Shown here piece by piece: positions 1 through 9,792 of a stretch of 64,000 nt of DNA. The notes beneath the pieces were generated by a model, which saw only the letters and a program-made list of their open reading frames with translations, made no database searches and was not told the DNA's origin. How positions within the stretch are numbered: position 1 is the first letter of the stretch; each line of letters begins with the position of its first letter. The position numbers and the translations under genes are program-made. The stretch covers positions 6,635-70,634 of the forward strand of contig JAIEMT010000001.1 in assembly GCA_019751945.1 (NCBI GenBank), written 5' to 3'. Source of the stretch: a bacterium. Its GTDB lineage: Bacteria; Bdellovibrionota; UBA1018.

Positions 1-78
1 CCCAAGGCATGACACAGATTTTCACCGATCAAAGAAATTCGCTGACGAACGACCTCGCCGGTCGACTCTAAGCGAGAA

Positions 79-807
79 TTAACCGCCGCGCTGCTTGCGT
101 TTCCAGATAATGAAGGCGAGCACGCCGACCACGATCAAGATCAGCATCATTGAGTTGTCGCCTGCAGCCTTTTGAACCTTCGGCGCTTCGGTGCTTCCAC
201 CTTGCGGGTTCACGGTCGGGAAGACCGTTCCTTGCGTCACCGCCTGAGGAATTTCAAACAGGTTCGCTTTCTGAGGAGCCACGTTCAGGCCGCCTTCTTT
301 GCGGTAAACCCGAAGCGTTCTCACCATATTGTCGAAATCTTTTAGGTACTGAGCGTACTTGTCTTTGTTCACGGAGTAGGTGACCAACACGCCGATGTCT
401 TGCTTCACCGTTGCCAAGTAGCGCGTGTAAAAGCCCGGAATTTCCGATTCTAAGTGAAGCGAGTCCACCCAAACCTGGTTGTTGAGGTTCTTCGACTCCG
501 CCGTTTTCACCTGAGACTTCACCGGTTTGCCTTGAATGCTAGTGTAGGTCTTCGCCGCTTTCAAATAAGAGAGGTATTGATCGATGCTGTCTTGGTCGCC
601 CTTGAGTTTCGCAGCTAGTACAATGATGGCGTCGCGTTTCTTGGCTTCAGCCGTACCTTGGCAAACCCATTCTGCACCTTCGAGGCTACAAGTCCACTGC
701 GGAGGAAGTTCGAATTCCACAAACTGGTTGGCAAACTTTTCGGCTCGAGCGGGAAGAGCCAGAAAAAGGGTTGCAGTGGCGAAGGCCAATAGTTGCTTGT
801 TCATCAT
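79..807 (-). CDS. Hypothetical exported protein with an N-terminal signal peptide and a C-terminal hydrophobic anchor
   Basis: ORF 79..906 trimmed to the MMNKQLLAFATATLFLALPARA signal peptide (ATGATG at 807..802, GAGGAAGA SD-like sequence upstream). The C-terminus LILIVVGVLAFIIWKRKQRGG looks like a TM anchor. No recognisable family. Confidence 0.5.
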   Translation of the reverse strand: MMNKQLLAFATATLFLALPARAEKFANQFVEFELPPQWTCSLEGAEWVCQGTAEAKKRDAIIVLAAKLKGDQDSIDQYLSYLKAAKTYTSIQGKPVKSQVKTAESKNLNNQVWVDSLHLESEIPGFYTRYLATVKQDIGVLVTYSVNKDKYAQYLKDFDNMVRTLRVYRKEGGLNVAPQKANLFEIPQAVTQGTVFPTVNPQGGSTEAPKVQKAAGDNSMMLILIVVGVLAFIIWKRKQRGG

Positions 808-823
808 GATTCTCTTCCTCTCT

Positions 824-2086
824 CTACTGAACCGGACGGCGTGCGATGAAGCCGTTCTCAATCCAGATCTCCTTAAAGTACTGCACAATGGTAATGGCCG
901 ATTCATTGGTTCTGACGTCAGTCACTTTTCCGCGAGCCACGATCTCATTCGGCTGACCATTGGGACCTACAGTAAAGATATCAAAAACTTGTCCAGGGTC
1001 TATTCCATCATCGCTTCCCTTGTCGATCTTGACAAGGTTCAGTCGATCATTTGTCCGAATGATGTGGGCGTCCCCATTTTTAAGGGTCGCATACGCCGTA
1101 AATCCGCTGCCCCGAGTGGGGGTGTGCCCTGCCGCTGAAGAGGTGAGGTGCCCGCGCTCGGCCCCGAACTCCCATTTGAGGCCCGCTATAATGTTAAACA
1201 CGGCGGGGGAATTGCTTCCAAAGAAGGCACGCTCAGCCCCGGCCCAAAAACTCAGGGTGTCGGTACTCTGATAACCCACTCGAGCAAATCCTCGCATCAG
1301 GGAGGGATTCACCGCATTGACCATGTAACTTCCCGATGCGCCGGTTCCCGGAAAAGTCGTCACGGAGTTTCCAGCGCGGCTATCATTCCCCGTGCTCTGA
1401 TACCCGGCCAATCCGGCTAAGACCGTAAAGCCTGTGGCTCGCGGTTTCATTTCCACCGCGATACTCCACGGAATGGCGTAGGAAAACTGCGCAGTTCGAT
1501 AGGTGAAGGCGACGCCCGCGCTGAGCTTCCAAATATACTTGGAGCCGCGCGAATGTTTGATGAAAGGAAGGGTGAGGAATCCTCCGCCTGTCATGTCGAT
1601 GGTTCCGTCACCGAAATAAGCGACGCCGATTTGGTTCGTGCCATTGGTGTAAGCGGGAAAGTCGACCTGACCCTGCAGGTCAATGGTTGCCCCATCCATG
1701 AAACTGGCCGAGTTGATTTCCAATAGCCGATAGGTCACGCCCACCGTTTGATCGCCCAAGCCCGTAGCCTTGTTCGTACCGCTGGGAGCGACTGAAATGT
1801 TGACGTTCGCAAAGCTCGCGCGGGCAAAAATGCTAGTTCGAGAAAACAATCCATAAGCGGCGAGCACGTCGACTTGAAGACGATCGTACTCCCGTAATGT
1901 GGCAACGTTTTGAGTCGCCCCACTGGCGCTGTAGTTGGCGGTAGTCATCAAGTAGTGCAATTGCGGGGCGATGCGAAGGGCGTCGCTCGTGAGGTACTCA
2001 TTCGTCCAAGCATGGGTGTAAAAGTCGGCCCGAGCGGGGGTCGAGAGGACTGCCAAGCCAAGCATGACCAGGCGCAGTGGAGTCAT
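824..2086 (-). CDS. Putative outer-membrane (beta-barrel-like) protein, hypothetical
   Basis: 420-aa ORF with signal peptide MTPLRLVMLGLAVLSTPARA. The central region is aromatic/Gly-rich with alternating hydrophobic residues typical of OM barrels. No confident family match. Confidence 0.4.
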   Translation of the reverse strand: MTPLRLVMLGLAVLSTPARADFYTHAWTNEYLTSDALRIAPQLHYLMTTANYSASGATQNVATLREYDRLQVDVLAAYGLFSRTSIFARASFANVNISVAPSGTNKATGLGDQTVGVTYRLLEINSASFMDGATIDLQGQVDFPAYTNGTNQIGVAYFGDGTIDMTGGGFLTLPFIKHSRGSKYIWKLSAGVAFTYRTAQFSYAIPWSIAVEMKPRATGFTVLAGLAGYQSTGNDSRAGNSVTTFPGTGASGSYMVNAVNPSLMRGFARVGYQSTDTLSFWAGAERAFFGSNSPAVFNIIAGLKWEFGAERGHLTSSAAGHTPTRGSGFTAYATLKNGDAHIIRTNDRLNLVKIDKGSDDGIDPGQVFDIFTVGPNGQPNEIVARGKVTDVRTNESAITIVQYFKEIWIENGFIARRPVQ

Positions 2087-2184
2087 GGATTAAACTATAC
2101 TGCCCTTCTCAGGATCTCACACCTTTTTTTAGTTTCATTCGATCGTCGGGGCGGGTAATTTCAGACCTTCTATAAAGGAGCACT

Positions 2185-4503
2185 ATGTCACTCTACGATG
2201 ATTCTCTCGAGTACCATGCCCGGGGCCGCAAGGGAAAGATCGAGGTCATTCCCTCGAAGCCCGTCGCCACTCAACAGGATCTTTCGTTAGCTTATTCTCC
2301 CGGTGTTGCGGAACCCTGCCGAATGATCGCCGAAAAAGAAGATCTCGTTTACGAATATACGGCGAAAGGAAATCTGGTTGCCGTCGTTTCGAACGGAACG
2401 GCTGTTCTGGGTTTGGGGGATATCGGAGCTGCTGCTTCCAAACCGGTGATGGAAGGAAAAGGCATTCTCTTTAAGAAATTTGCCGACATCGATGTTTTCG
2501 ACATCGAGTTGAACGCGAAGAATCCGGACGACGTGATTCGCGCGTGTGAAATGCTCGAGCCCACTTTTGGTGGCATCAATCTCGAGGACATTAAAGCTCC
2601 CGAATGTTTTTACATTGAAGAAGAATTGAAGAAGCGTCTGAAAATTCCTGTCTTCCACGACGACCAACACGGCACGGCTGTGATCAGCGGCGCTGCGTTT
2701 TTGAACGCGTGCGAACTGACTAAAAAAGACGTGAAGAAAATGAAGGTCGTGTTCTGCGGCGGCGGCGCTGCGGCCATTGCTTGCGCGAACCTGTACCTGC
2801 ATTTGGGCGTGAAGCGCGAAAACATTCTGATGTGCGACTCGAAGGGCGTGATTTACAAGGGCCGCAAAGAAGGAATGAATCCTTATAAAGAGCGCTACGC
2901 CGTGGATACTCCGAAGCGTACGATCGCTGAAGCTCTCGATGGTGCAGACGCGTTTATCGGTGTTTCTGTAAAAGACGGCATCACCGTCGACATGGTGAAG
3001 AAGATGGCCAAGGATCCGCTGGTTTTCGCGATGGCGAATCCGGATCCGGAAGTGTTGCCCGAAGAAGTGATCAAAGCTCGTCCGGACGCTATCATTGCGA
3101 CGGGGCGTTCCGACTACCCCAACCAGGTGAATAACGTTTTAGGATTCCCGTTCATTTTCCGCGGCGCTCTCGATACCCGTTCCACTGCTATCAACGAAGA
3201 GATGAAGATGGCAGCAGTGATGGCGTTGGCGTCATTGGCAAAAGAAGATGTGCCGGAAAGTGTGTCGCGCGCCTATGGCGGTCAGTCGTTCAAATACGGG
3301 AAAGATTATTTGATTCCGAAGCCCTTCGATCATCGCGCCCTCTTGTGGGTTGCAACCGCAGTAGCGGAAGCTGCCATGAAAACGGGCGTGGCTCGACAGA
3401 AGCTAGATCTCGCTCAGTATCGCGATCATTTAGAAACTCTGCTGGGTGCCAGCTACACCGTCATGCGCGGAATTAAGAAGCGCGTGCAATCGGGCGGTAC
3501 CAATATCGGGAAGGCCACGATTGTTTTCCCCGAAGGCGAACATCCGAAAATTCTTCGGGCCGCTCAGATTATTCGCGAAGAGGGAATCGCTGATCCGATT
3601 CTTCTCGGAAACGAAACCAATATTAATCGCGTGATCAAAGAGTTGGGCCTTCAAGATTCGTTGAAGGGCATCAAGACCATTCGTCCGTCGACGAGTGACA
3701 GCCTCGAAGCCTACGCGAAAGTTTTTGCTGAACGTCGTTCCCGCAAGGGCGTGACGTTGCCGATGGCTCGCACGTTGATGAAGCAATCCAACTTCTACGG
3801 CGCGATGATGGTGGAGCTCGGCCATGCCGATGGACTTTTGAACGGGATATCTCAAAGCTATCCGGAAACTCTTCGTCCGGCGATTCAAGTCATCGGTGCT
3901 CGCCCGGGCTCTCGTCTGGCCGGTATTTACATGATGATTTTCAAGAAGCGCGTGCTCTTGTTTGCCGATACTACGGTGAATATTGAGCCGACCGCGGAAG
4001 AGTTGGCTGATATCGCGATTCAAACGGCGAATTTAGCGCAGCTCTATTTGGGTACGGAGCCTCGTGTAGCGATGCTTTCGTTCTCGAACTTCGGTTCCAG
4101 TACTCATCCCTATTCGGTGAAGGTGCGACGTGCGACGGAGATCATCAAATCGCGCGCGCCCGCACTGGTTTGTGACGGAGAAATGCAGGCCGACACTGCG
4201 GTTGTTCCGGAGCTTTCGAAGGAAAGCTTCTTGTTCAACAAGGTGCCGGGTAATGCCAACATCTTGATTTTCCCAGATCTGCAATCGGGCAATATTGCGT
4301 ACAAACTCATGTCCCGAATGGCTCAAGCGGAAGCGCTCGGCCCGATCTTGGTGGGGATGAATAAACCCGTCTTCGTTCTGCAACAAAACTCGGACGTCAA
4401 TGACGTCGTCAACATGGCTGCCATCACCGCGATGGAAATTCACCTGCGCAAAAAGAAAGATGGCGGCACTGGCAAGAAAGGCGAACTCCATGCAAATGCA
4501 TAA
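2185..4503 (+). CDS. maeB: NADP-dependent malic enzyme with a phosphotransacetylase-like C-terminal domain (MaeB type)
   Basis: 772 aa. The N-terminal malic enzyme motifs ([25 protein letters not shown] Rossmann) are followed by a PTA-like domain of about 330 aa, which is the canonical MaeB architecture. Confidence 0.9.
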   Translation: MSLYDDSLEYHARGRKGKIEVIPSKPVATQQDLSLAYSPGVAEPCRMIAEKEDLVYEYTAKGNLVAVVSNGTAVLGLGDIGAAASKPVMEGKGILFKKFADIDVFDIELNAKNPDDVIRACEMLEPTFGGINLEDIKAPECFYIEEELKKRLKIPVFHDDQHGTAVISGAAFLNACELTKKDVKKMKVVFCGGGAAAIACANLYLHLGVKRENILMCDSKGVIYKGRKEGMNPYKERYAVDTPKRTIAEALDGADAFIGVSVKDGITVDMVKKMAKDPLVFAMANPDPEVLPEEVIKARPDAIIATGRSDYPNQVNNVLGFPFIFRGALDTRSTAINEEMKMAAVMALASLAKEDVPESVSRAYGGQSFKYGKDYLIPKPFDHRALLWVATAVAEAAMKTGVARQKLDLAQYRDHLETLLGASYTVMRGIKKRVQSGGTNIGKATIVFPEGEHPKILRAAQIIREEGIADPILLGNETNINRVIKELGLQDSLKGIKTIRPSTSDSLEAYAKVFAERRSRKGVTLPMARTLMKQSNFYGAMMVELGHADGLLNGISQSYPETLRPAIQVIGARPGSRLAGIYMMIFKKRVLLFADTTVNIEPTAEELADIAIQTANLAQLYLGTEPRVAMLSFSNFGSSTHPYSVKVRRATEIIKSRAPALVCDGEMQADTAVVPELSKESFLFNKVPGNANILIFPDLQSGNIAYKLMSRMAQAEALGPILVGMNKPVFVLQQNSDVNDVVNMAAITAMEIHLRKKKDGGTGKKGELHANA

Positions 4504-4885
4504 AGAAGCAATCCTCACTCCAAATGCTCCGCAGCCGATCGGTCCTTACAGCCAAGCGATTCAAGCGGGTCCGTGGTTGTTTTGCTCGGGACAGATTGCG
4601 CTCGATCCCAAGTCGGGACAGGTCGTCGCTCCTACAGATGTGGAGGGTCAAACCAAGCAAGTGATGTTGAATATCAAAGGCGTGCTGGACCAGGCCGGTG
4701 TGGGCTTTGATAATGTCGTGAAAACTACGATTTTTCTGAAGTCGATGGGCGATTTTCCGAAGGTGAATGAAGTCTACGGCGGTTATTTCAAAAAGACGCC
4801 GCCCGCTCGTTCGACCGTGGAGGTTTCTCGCTTACCAAAAGACGTATTGGTCGAAGTGGAAGTCATCGCCCTAAAAAACTCATGA
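4490..4885 (+). CDS. ridA: RidA/YjgF/TdcF family reactive-intermediate deaminase
   Basis: Start trimmed to [32 protein letters not shown] and the C-terminal ARSTVEVSRLP are typical RidA signatures. It overlaps the maeB stop by 14 nt. Confidence 0.8.
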   Translation: MQMHKEAILTPNAPQPIGPYSQAIQAGPWLFCSGQIALDPKSGQVVAPTDVEGQTKQVMLNIKGVLDQAGVGFDNVVKTTIFLKSMGDFPKVNEVYGGYFKKTPPARSTVEVSRLPKDVLVEVEVIALKNS

Positions 4886-4890
4886 AGGCT

Positions 4891-6039
4891 TCAGATGATT
4901 TCTCCGTTCCAAAGCTTTTCAAGAAAACTGCGATAGCTTAGGATCTGAATTTTATCTTCCAGCGACGACCTTATATCGCGCGAAACCAGAAAAGCATTTT
5001 TTAATTTATACTCTTCGCGAAGAGCTTTAAGCCCTCGAAGATCGGATGCATTTACTTTTTGTGTGGCTTTGAATTCAATCGCGGTATCTTCTGCCACGAT
5101 CAGATCGACTTCAAACTCTCCTCGCTGCGTTCGCCAATACCTCAACGAATCGTCATCCAGTTTTCGACTGTAGCTCAAGTAAGCTTTGACTTCGTTCACT
5201 AAAAACTGCTCAAAAAGGTCGCCGTAAACCTTGTCATCCAATTCTTGAATTCCCAGCAAAGTGGAGGCAACTCCACAGTCGAAGAAATAAAACTTAGGTT
5301 TTGTCGTAGTTTTTCGTCCGTTCTTTATACGGATCGGATGCAAAAGATGTCCTACCAGAGTGTCTTGCAACAGGTCAAAGTATTCTCGAACAGTTCGGCC
5401 TGGAACCTGGCTGTCGTTACCCGTGGATTCATAATTCACTTGCCGAGCATTGCTGGCGGCAGCCACTTTCAAAAATCGAGAGAAACTCTCGATATTTCGC
5501 GCCAAGGCTTCGGCGGCGATTTCCTCTTTCAAGTACGTTCCGACATAATCACGAAGATCTCCGCTTGGGTCTTTAGACAAATAGATCGAAGGAAGAGTTC
5601 CAAAAAGTAAAAGACGATTTAAATCGAAATTCGGAATTTCATTTGAAACCAAGGGAAATAGATTGCGGACTCTGAGTCGACCACCCATCAAAGAGGTGTA
5701 GGCTCGACGTAATTTTCTGGCACTGCTGCCGGTCAATGCAAAACGAATTTTTTTTTCTTCAATCATCGAGTGAATTTCATCCATCAAAGAAGGAAGTTTT
5801 TGGATTTCATCGACGAAAATTAGTTTGTCATCGGCCCCCAATGATTTGCGCAAAGAAGAAGGATCATGCGCTAGCTGAGCGTAGACATCTGCGTGCAATA
5901 AATTGAAGCTTCGATCAAAATGAATTTGCGACTGCAGTAAGGTGGTTTTTCCAGTCTGCCGAGGTCCCAGCAACAGGATACTCTTGGATTTTAAATCACC
6001 CTCCACCGATATGGATCTTTTAATTTCTTGCATATTCAA
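4891..6039 (-). CDS. AAA-family ATPase with a DUF4143-type C-terminal domain (standalone ATPase)
   Basis: Walker A GPRQTGKTTLL. The 382-aa length and the C-terminal restriction-endonuclease-like region are typical of the DUF4143 ATPase family. Confidence 0.8.
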   Translation of the reverse strand: MNMQEIKRSISVEGDLKSKSILLLGPRQTGKTTLLQSQIHFDRSFNLLHADVYAQLAHDPSSLRKSLGADDKLIFVDEIQKLPSLMDEIHSMIEEKKIRFALTGSSARKLRRAYTSLMGGRLRVRNLFPLVSNEIPNFDLNRLLLFGTLPSIYLSKDPSGDLRDYVGTYLKEEIAAEALARNIESFSRFLKVAAASNARQVNYESTGNDSQVPGRTVREYFDLLQDTLVGHLLHPIRIKNGRKTTTKPKFYFFDCGVASTLLGIQELDDKVYGDLFEQFLVNEVKAYLSYSRKLDDDSLRYWRTQRGEFEVDLIVAEDTAIEFKATQKVNASDLRGLKALREEYKLKNAFLVSRDIRSSLEDKIQILSYRSFLEKLWNGEII

Positions 6040-6057
6040 TAGGTTACGTTCCTTTTA

Positions 6058-6086
6058 CATATTTCGCAACACTAATGCGAAATATG
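6058..6086. promoter_or_regulatory. Perfect 11-bp inverted repeat CATATTTCGCA-N7-TGCGAAATATG, candidate operator
   Basis: Seen directly in the sequence, 19-47 nt upstream of the start codon of the minus-strand AAA ATPase gene. Confidence 0.3.
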
Positions 6087-6171
6087 TCACATAAATCGTG
6101 GTAGTACTGCGATTTTTGTGGAATAAGGGGGAGCTCCTTACGGAGCAGTGGGCTACCCCTTTGAACTGTTC

Positions 6172-6708
6172 TTAATTTTTTCCGTAGGCGCGATCGACGA
6201 TCGAGTCGACTGCGAGTGCTTGGTACGGCTCGCTCTTGGGGTCCATCTTTTTAAGCCGATCGAGTCCTTCCCAAGTAATGCCCACGCAACCGCTTGTCGG
6301 CTTCGTTAAATGTTCTCGGAGATAAAAATTACCGCCGTAAGCGCAGACTTGGCGAGCGTCTTCAGGGTCATAGGTCGAGTAGACCGACTCGATTTTAGCA
6401 TCGGGTCTGTAATACACGATGGTTTGAACGGCCTTGATTCGATCCACCGCTTCTTGAGCGATGGTTTGAAAGGCGAGAGAATCTTCGGGCAGACTTTGCA
6501 AGTCGCGAAGATCTCCGGTCAGAATTTTGTAACACAGGCCCTTCTCTTCGGGCTTGGGTAGATAGTAAAAGTACCCACCCGCGTGAGTCGTTCGAACGGT
6601 TTTCGTTTCTAAATTTTCTCGTCGAATGCAAACCAGGTTTTCGTTTGCCCAAACTAAAGTCGGGCAGGAAACTAGCGCTGCGAGAAAGAGAATCGAGTTC
6701 TTAAACAA
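6172..6708 (-). CDS. Small secreted hypothetical protein (possible member of a tandem paralog family)
   Basis: Signal peptide MFKNSILFLAALVSCPTLVWA. It shares an AFQ-x-(I/E)A-(Q/K)-x-(A/S)-(V/I) motif with the two downstream paralogs. Confidence 0.5.
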   Translation of the reverse strand: MFKNSILFLAALVSCPTLVWANENLVCIRRENLETKTVRTTHAGGYFYYLPKPEEKGLCYKILTGDLRDLQSLPEDSLAFQTIAQEAVDRIKAVQTIVYYRPDAKIESVYSTYDPEDARQVCAYGGNFYLREHLTKPTSGCVGITWEGLDRLKKMDPKSEPYQALAVDSIVDRAYGKN

Positions 6709-6711
6709 TCC

Positions 6712-7167
6712 TTACTCCTTAGTTTGAGGACCATTTTCTTCTAGGTAACCTCGGATTCGTTGTGCTTGGTCTTCGTCGAAGAGGTCGACGCTCTTTTGCG
6801 CCTCAATTTGAAAAGCGGCAGCTTCCTCGAGTGTACGAGTGGGGAGCATGTTGAGTAAACGATTCTTGTCTGAGCTCCGAACTATCGCGCAGTAGGCGTA
6901 GGGAGGGTTGGCGCCGCCGGGTTCCTCTTTACCAAGCATAGTACCAAGCATAGTAAGCGCTTCTCTGTCGAACATTGCAGCGATGTTCGGGATTTCGTAA
7001 ACCGGTTTTCCATTTACTATGTGAGCACAGAGCATTCCTGGTGATGGACTCTCATCGATTGCCCAAAGAATATCGAGTTTCGGCGGACTCTCTTGGGACA
7101 GAGCAGGTGAAGAGATCAAGAAGGCAAACAAAACAAGCTTTTCTAGTTTCATGAGTTTCTCCAGCAT
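6712..7167 (-). CDS. Small secreted hypothetical protein, paralog of 7455..7964
   Basis: Signal peptide. Conserved PKLDILW-IDE...C...GKPVY...YAYC...AAFQIEAQKSV blocks align with 7455..7964. Confidence 0.55.
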   Translation of the reverse strand: MLEKLMKLEKLVLFAFLISSPALSQESPPKLDILWAIDESPSPGMLCAHIVNGKPVYEIPNIAAMFDREALTMLGTMLGKEEPGGANPPYAYCAIVRSSDKNRLLNMLPTRTLEEAAAFQIEAQKSVDLFDEDQAQRIRGYLEENGPQTKE

Positions 7168-7170
7168 GGT

Positions 7171-7458
7171 TTAGGGTTTTCCTAAGCACTTCCCGTTGAC
7201 CAAGAGGACAAAACGGCCAGTACGACGATCAAAGCAATAGTAGGGTTCTGAGTCGATGGTTCCTTCAGCGATAATAGAAAGAGCGGAGTCTGGATTTCTC
7301 AGCAGAGGCTCAATGGCGTCGTTTATTTCTTGAGCGGCTTTTATGTACAAAGCATACTTCGCGGTCGTCATAGGGGCGGAGTTTTCACTCGGGGACGTCA
7401 CGGCGAGGGCCGATGAAGAGGTGAATAAGACAAATAGAGCTAGTTTTTGGATAGTCAT
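7171..7458 (-). CDS. Small secreted hypothetical protein (95 aa)
   Basis: Signal peptide MTIQKLALFVLFTSSSALA. Two Cys residues. Tightly packed between the paralogs, with a 4-nt overlap with the upstream gene. Confidence 0.45.
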   Translation of the reverse strand: MTIQKLALFVLFTSSSALAVTSPSENSAPMTTAKYALYIKAAQEINDAIEPLLRNPDSALSIIAEGTIDSEPYYCFDRRTGRFVLLVNGKCLGKP

Positions 7459-7964
7459 GGGTTCTTCCCTTTCAATTTTTCAGCAGCTTCAAGCTGCAAT
7501 CGATATCGTTCACTAAATTGTTCATAGGCTTTAATATCTATGGGCACTTCGCGTACAAGAGGCTCGCCTGGTTTTGTAAGATCTACTTGAGAAGCATGGT
7601 AGCGTTCAAGTTGGGCAGCGTACTCATCACCGTAACGTTCAATGCTAGCCTTCGCTTCTTTCTGAAAGGCCGCTTGGTCTTCCGGAGTTTTTGCATTCGA
7701 ATACATTTTGCTTAAACGCGAGAAGTCAGCGGGGGTCACCCGGTTACAATATTCGTAGCTGCCGCCGTCGCGATCGAGTTCCGGCATGGCGTAAATCGGC
7801 TTGCCTTGAGAAAGCCGGGCGCAGACGAGTTGATCTGTGCTTCGTCGCGCACCGTCATCAATGACAAAGAGAATGTCTAGTTTCGGATTGTCTTGAGCCA
7901 ACACCGAAAGCGACGACAACACAGCAGCCGATAAAACAAAGTAACGAATCTTCATGCGGCGCAA
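7455..7964 (-). CDS. Small secreted hypothetical protein, paralog of 6712..7167
   Basis: Signal peptide. NPKLDILFVIDD...C...GKPIY...YEYC...AAFQKEAKASI blocks shared with 6712..7167. Confidence 0.55.
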   Translation of the reverse strand: MRRMKIRYFVLSAAVLSSLSVLAQDNPKLDILFVIDDGARRSTDQLVCARLSQGKPIYAMPELDRDGGSYEYCNRVTPADFSRLSKMYSNAKTPEDQAAFQKEAKASIERYGDEYAAQLERYHASQVDLTKPGEPLVREVPIDIKAYEQFSERYRLQLEAAEKLKGKNP

Positions 7965-8033
7965 TATAGAATTACTGACTAATTAAGTCAATAAATAGGT
8001 TAAAGCTGAGAATTAACGTGTAATTTCAATCAA

Positions 8034-8261
8034 TTAAGCGGTTTGTTCAGCGCCTGGTTTCCAGGTGCGCTTCACGGGACGGGTGATTTTGCCGGTGCGG
8101 ATACAGCGGGTGCAAACTCGAACGGTTTGAGTTGCGCCGTTCAAAACGGCTTTCATCTTTTTAAGGTTTGGCAACCAGCGGGTACGCGTCTTAATATTAG
8201 AGTGTGACGACAAGTTACCGTAATTCGGGCCTTTTTCACAGAAATCACATTTGCGTGCCAT
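8034..8261 (-). CDS. rpmB: 50S ribosomal protein L28
   Basis: 75 aa. MARKC-FC-K......LSHSN-KTRTRWLPNL matches the L28 signature (Cys cluster plus RRxxPNL). Confidence 0.8.
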   Translation of the reverse strand: MARKCDFCEKGPNYGNLSSHSNIKTRTRWLPNLKKMKAVLNGATQTVRVCTRCIRTGKITRPVKRTWKPGAEQTA

Positions 8262-8286
8262 GGTACATAAACCTCTTTAAGAACCG

Positions 8287-8994
8287 ATGAACCTAGTGAA
8301 TTTCATGGCCTTTTGCAAGATAGAAAAGCACCGAATCCACCGAATCCGGAGATATTTTAAGGTTGGAGCGCAAGCTCTCGCCTGGGTCGCGGGCGCGATC
8401 ACCCTTTTCTGCACCATCTGGGCTTTCATCTGGGCTGGCGACATCTATGAGTACCAAGACTCAGTCGATGGAGTGCATTTACCTCAAGTCGATGTGATTG
8501 TCTGCCTCGCCGGTGGCCGGGGTCGCATCTCGGCGGCAGGGGACCTTTGGTACCGGTACTACGAAGCCTTTCAGAATCCCCCCGTTTTTTACGTCTCGGG
8601 GATGGGTGGGAAGTCGAATTGGAACGTCTTAGCCAAGCAGGTTCGCCCCGGGGTTTTAAGTGCGCTGAAACCGAAGAACGTCATTCTTGAAAATCAGAGT
8701 TCCAACACCGATGGCAATGCGCAGTTTCTCACTCGGGCGGCGAAGGAACACGGGTGGACTCGAATTCTCATCGTGACTTCGCGCTACCACATGCGACGCG
8801 CGCGCTATATTTTCGAAGAAACGCTCACCACGTTAGGACATCCCGTCCAAATTGAAACGCTGTCTGTGTATCAAGAGCCGTTTGAGCCGAACGAGTGGCG
8901 CGATGATTTACAGGGCATTCGCGTGACGATGATTGAGTACGTGAAGTGGCTCTACTACACGCTGAACTGGACGCCGGGGCGCGCGCTCGATTGA
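8287..8994 (+). CDS. DUF218 (YdcF/SanA/ElyC-like) domain membrane-anchored protein
   Basis: N-terminal TM helix, then VDVIVCLAGGRGRI...TDGNAQFLTRAAKEHGWTRILIVTSRYHMRRARYIF, the DUF218 core. Confidence 0.7.
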   Translation: MNLVNFMAFCKIEKHRIHRIRRYFKVGAQALAWVAGAITLFCTIWAFIWAGDIYEYQDSVDGVHLPQVDVIVCLAGGRGRISAAGDLWYRYYEAFQNPPVFYVSGMGGKSNWNVLAKQVRPGVLSALKPKNVILENQSSNTDGNAQFLTRAAKEHGWTRILIVTSRYHMRRARYIFEETLTTLGHPVQIETLSVYQEPFEPNEWRDDLQGIRVTMIEYVKWLYYTLNWTPGRALD

Positions 8995-9023
8995 CGCAAA
9001 GAGATACTTTTATTGCTGGCGAT

Positions 9024-9039
9024 GTACGCAGCTGCGTAC
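9024..9039. terminator. 16-bp perfect palindrome GTACGCAGCTGCGTAC followed by CAAAAAG, a possible bidirectional terminator or protein-binding site
   Basis: Seen directly, 30 nt after the stop of the DUF218 gene. Confidence 0.25.
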
Positions 9040-9142
9040 GCAAAAAGTCGCGCGCTCTTGTCTCTGAATCCTTTTGGGTCTAACAAGGATTTAGGGATTT
9101 GCTTTTGGGATCCGTTCATTTCTAAACAGAAAAGGGAGATTT

Positions 9143-9445
9143 ATGAAATCTTTTAAAGTCGCATTGGTGTCTTTTATTTCTTTAATGAGTGTATCGAGCT
9201 TTGCTGCTGAAGCGATGATGCCTTACATCATTATCGTCAAGAACGAATTTGATTTTGCTGAGTGTGCTGATGACATCGAGATGATTAAGGGCGTAACGGT
9301 TACTGAACGGATTGATATTATCTCAACGGTTGCTGCAGAGATGAGCGATCGTGCGTTGAGCAAAGTGCAGAAGATGGATTGTGTCGGTAGCGTGGAAGAA
9401 GATCAACAGGCGTATCCGTTGCCAGCTATTGGCGGCAGTAAGTAA
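9143..9445 (+). CDS. Small secreted protein with a subtilisin-propeptide (peptidase inhibitor I9)-like fold, tandem copy 1
   Basis: Signal peptide MKSFKVALVSFISLMSVSSFA. The mature part YIIIVKNEFDFAECADDIEMIKGVTVTERIDIISTVAAEMSDRALSKVQKMDCVGSVEEDQQAY follows the I9 pattern (YIVxxK ... G.V.....I..f.a.ls...l..l...p.V..VE.D). Confidence 0.5.
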   Translation: MKSFKVALVSFISLMSVSSFAAEAMMPYIIIVKNEFDFAECADDIEMIKGVTVTERIDIISTVAAEMSDRALSKVQKMDCVGSVEEDQQAYPLPAIGGSK

Positions 9446-9477
9446 ATGGGTGAGTCGTTTATAGAAATGGGAGATTT

Positions 9478-9792
9478 ATGAAATCCTTAAAAGTTGCTTT
9501 GGTACTACTTGTCTCTTTCATGAGTATGTCGAGTTTTGCTGCCGAGTGCGGTTGGCAGCAGCCTTATATCGTTCTGGTTCGGGCTGGATATGATTCTGAA
9601 GCCTGCGCCGATGCAATTGATTTGATCAAAGGTGCTGAGGTTCGGGAGGTCATGCATACCTTTCAGCAGATGACCGCGGATCTTTCTCCCAGGGCCTTGT
9701 TGAAGGTAGGGAAACTCGGCTGCGTAGAAAATGTGCAGCCGGATCGGACGATGTACCCTCAGCCGGCTATCGGGGGCAGTAAAGAAAGATGA
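9478..9792 (+). CDS. Small secreted inhibitor-I9-like protein, tandem copy 2
   Basis: Paralog of 9143..9445 and about 45% identical to it. The RBS/start context GGGAGATTTATGAAATC is duplicated. Confidence 0.5.
   Translation: MKSLKVALVLLVSFMSMSSFAAECGWQQPYIVLVRAGYDSEACADAIDLIKGAEVREVMHTFQQMTADLSPRALLKVGKLGCVENVQPDRTMYPQPAIGGSKER

Noticed and set aside
3430-4023. 197-aa minus-strand ORF inside maeB, with similar antisense ORFs inside uvrA (43236..45632), mrdA (34608..35183), ahcY (50168..51175), the TadG-like gene (57535..58458), the cyclase (22534..23046) and the Fn3 genes (29065..29619, 29788..30582)
   Set aside because: Each lies entirely antisense to a strongly supported, conserved CDS. 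They are Arg/His-rich or low-complexity translations typical of GC-neutral antisense frames, and none has an RBS context or a family match.
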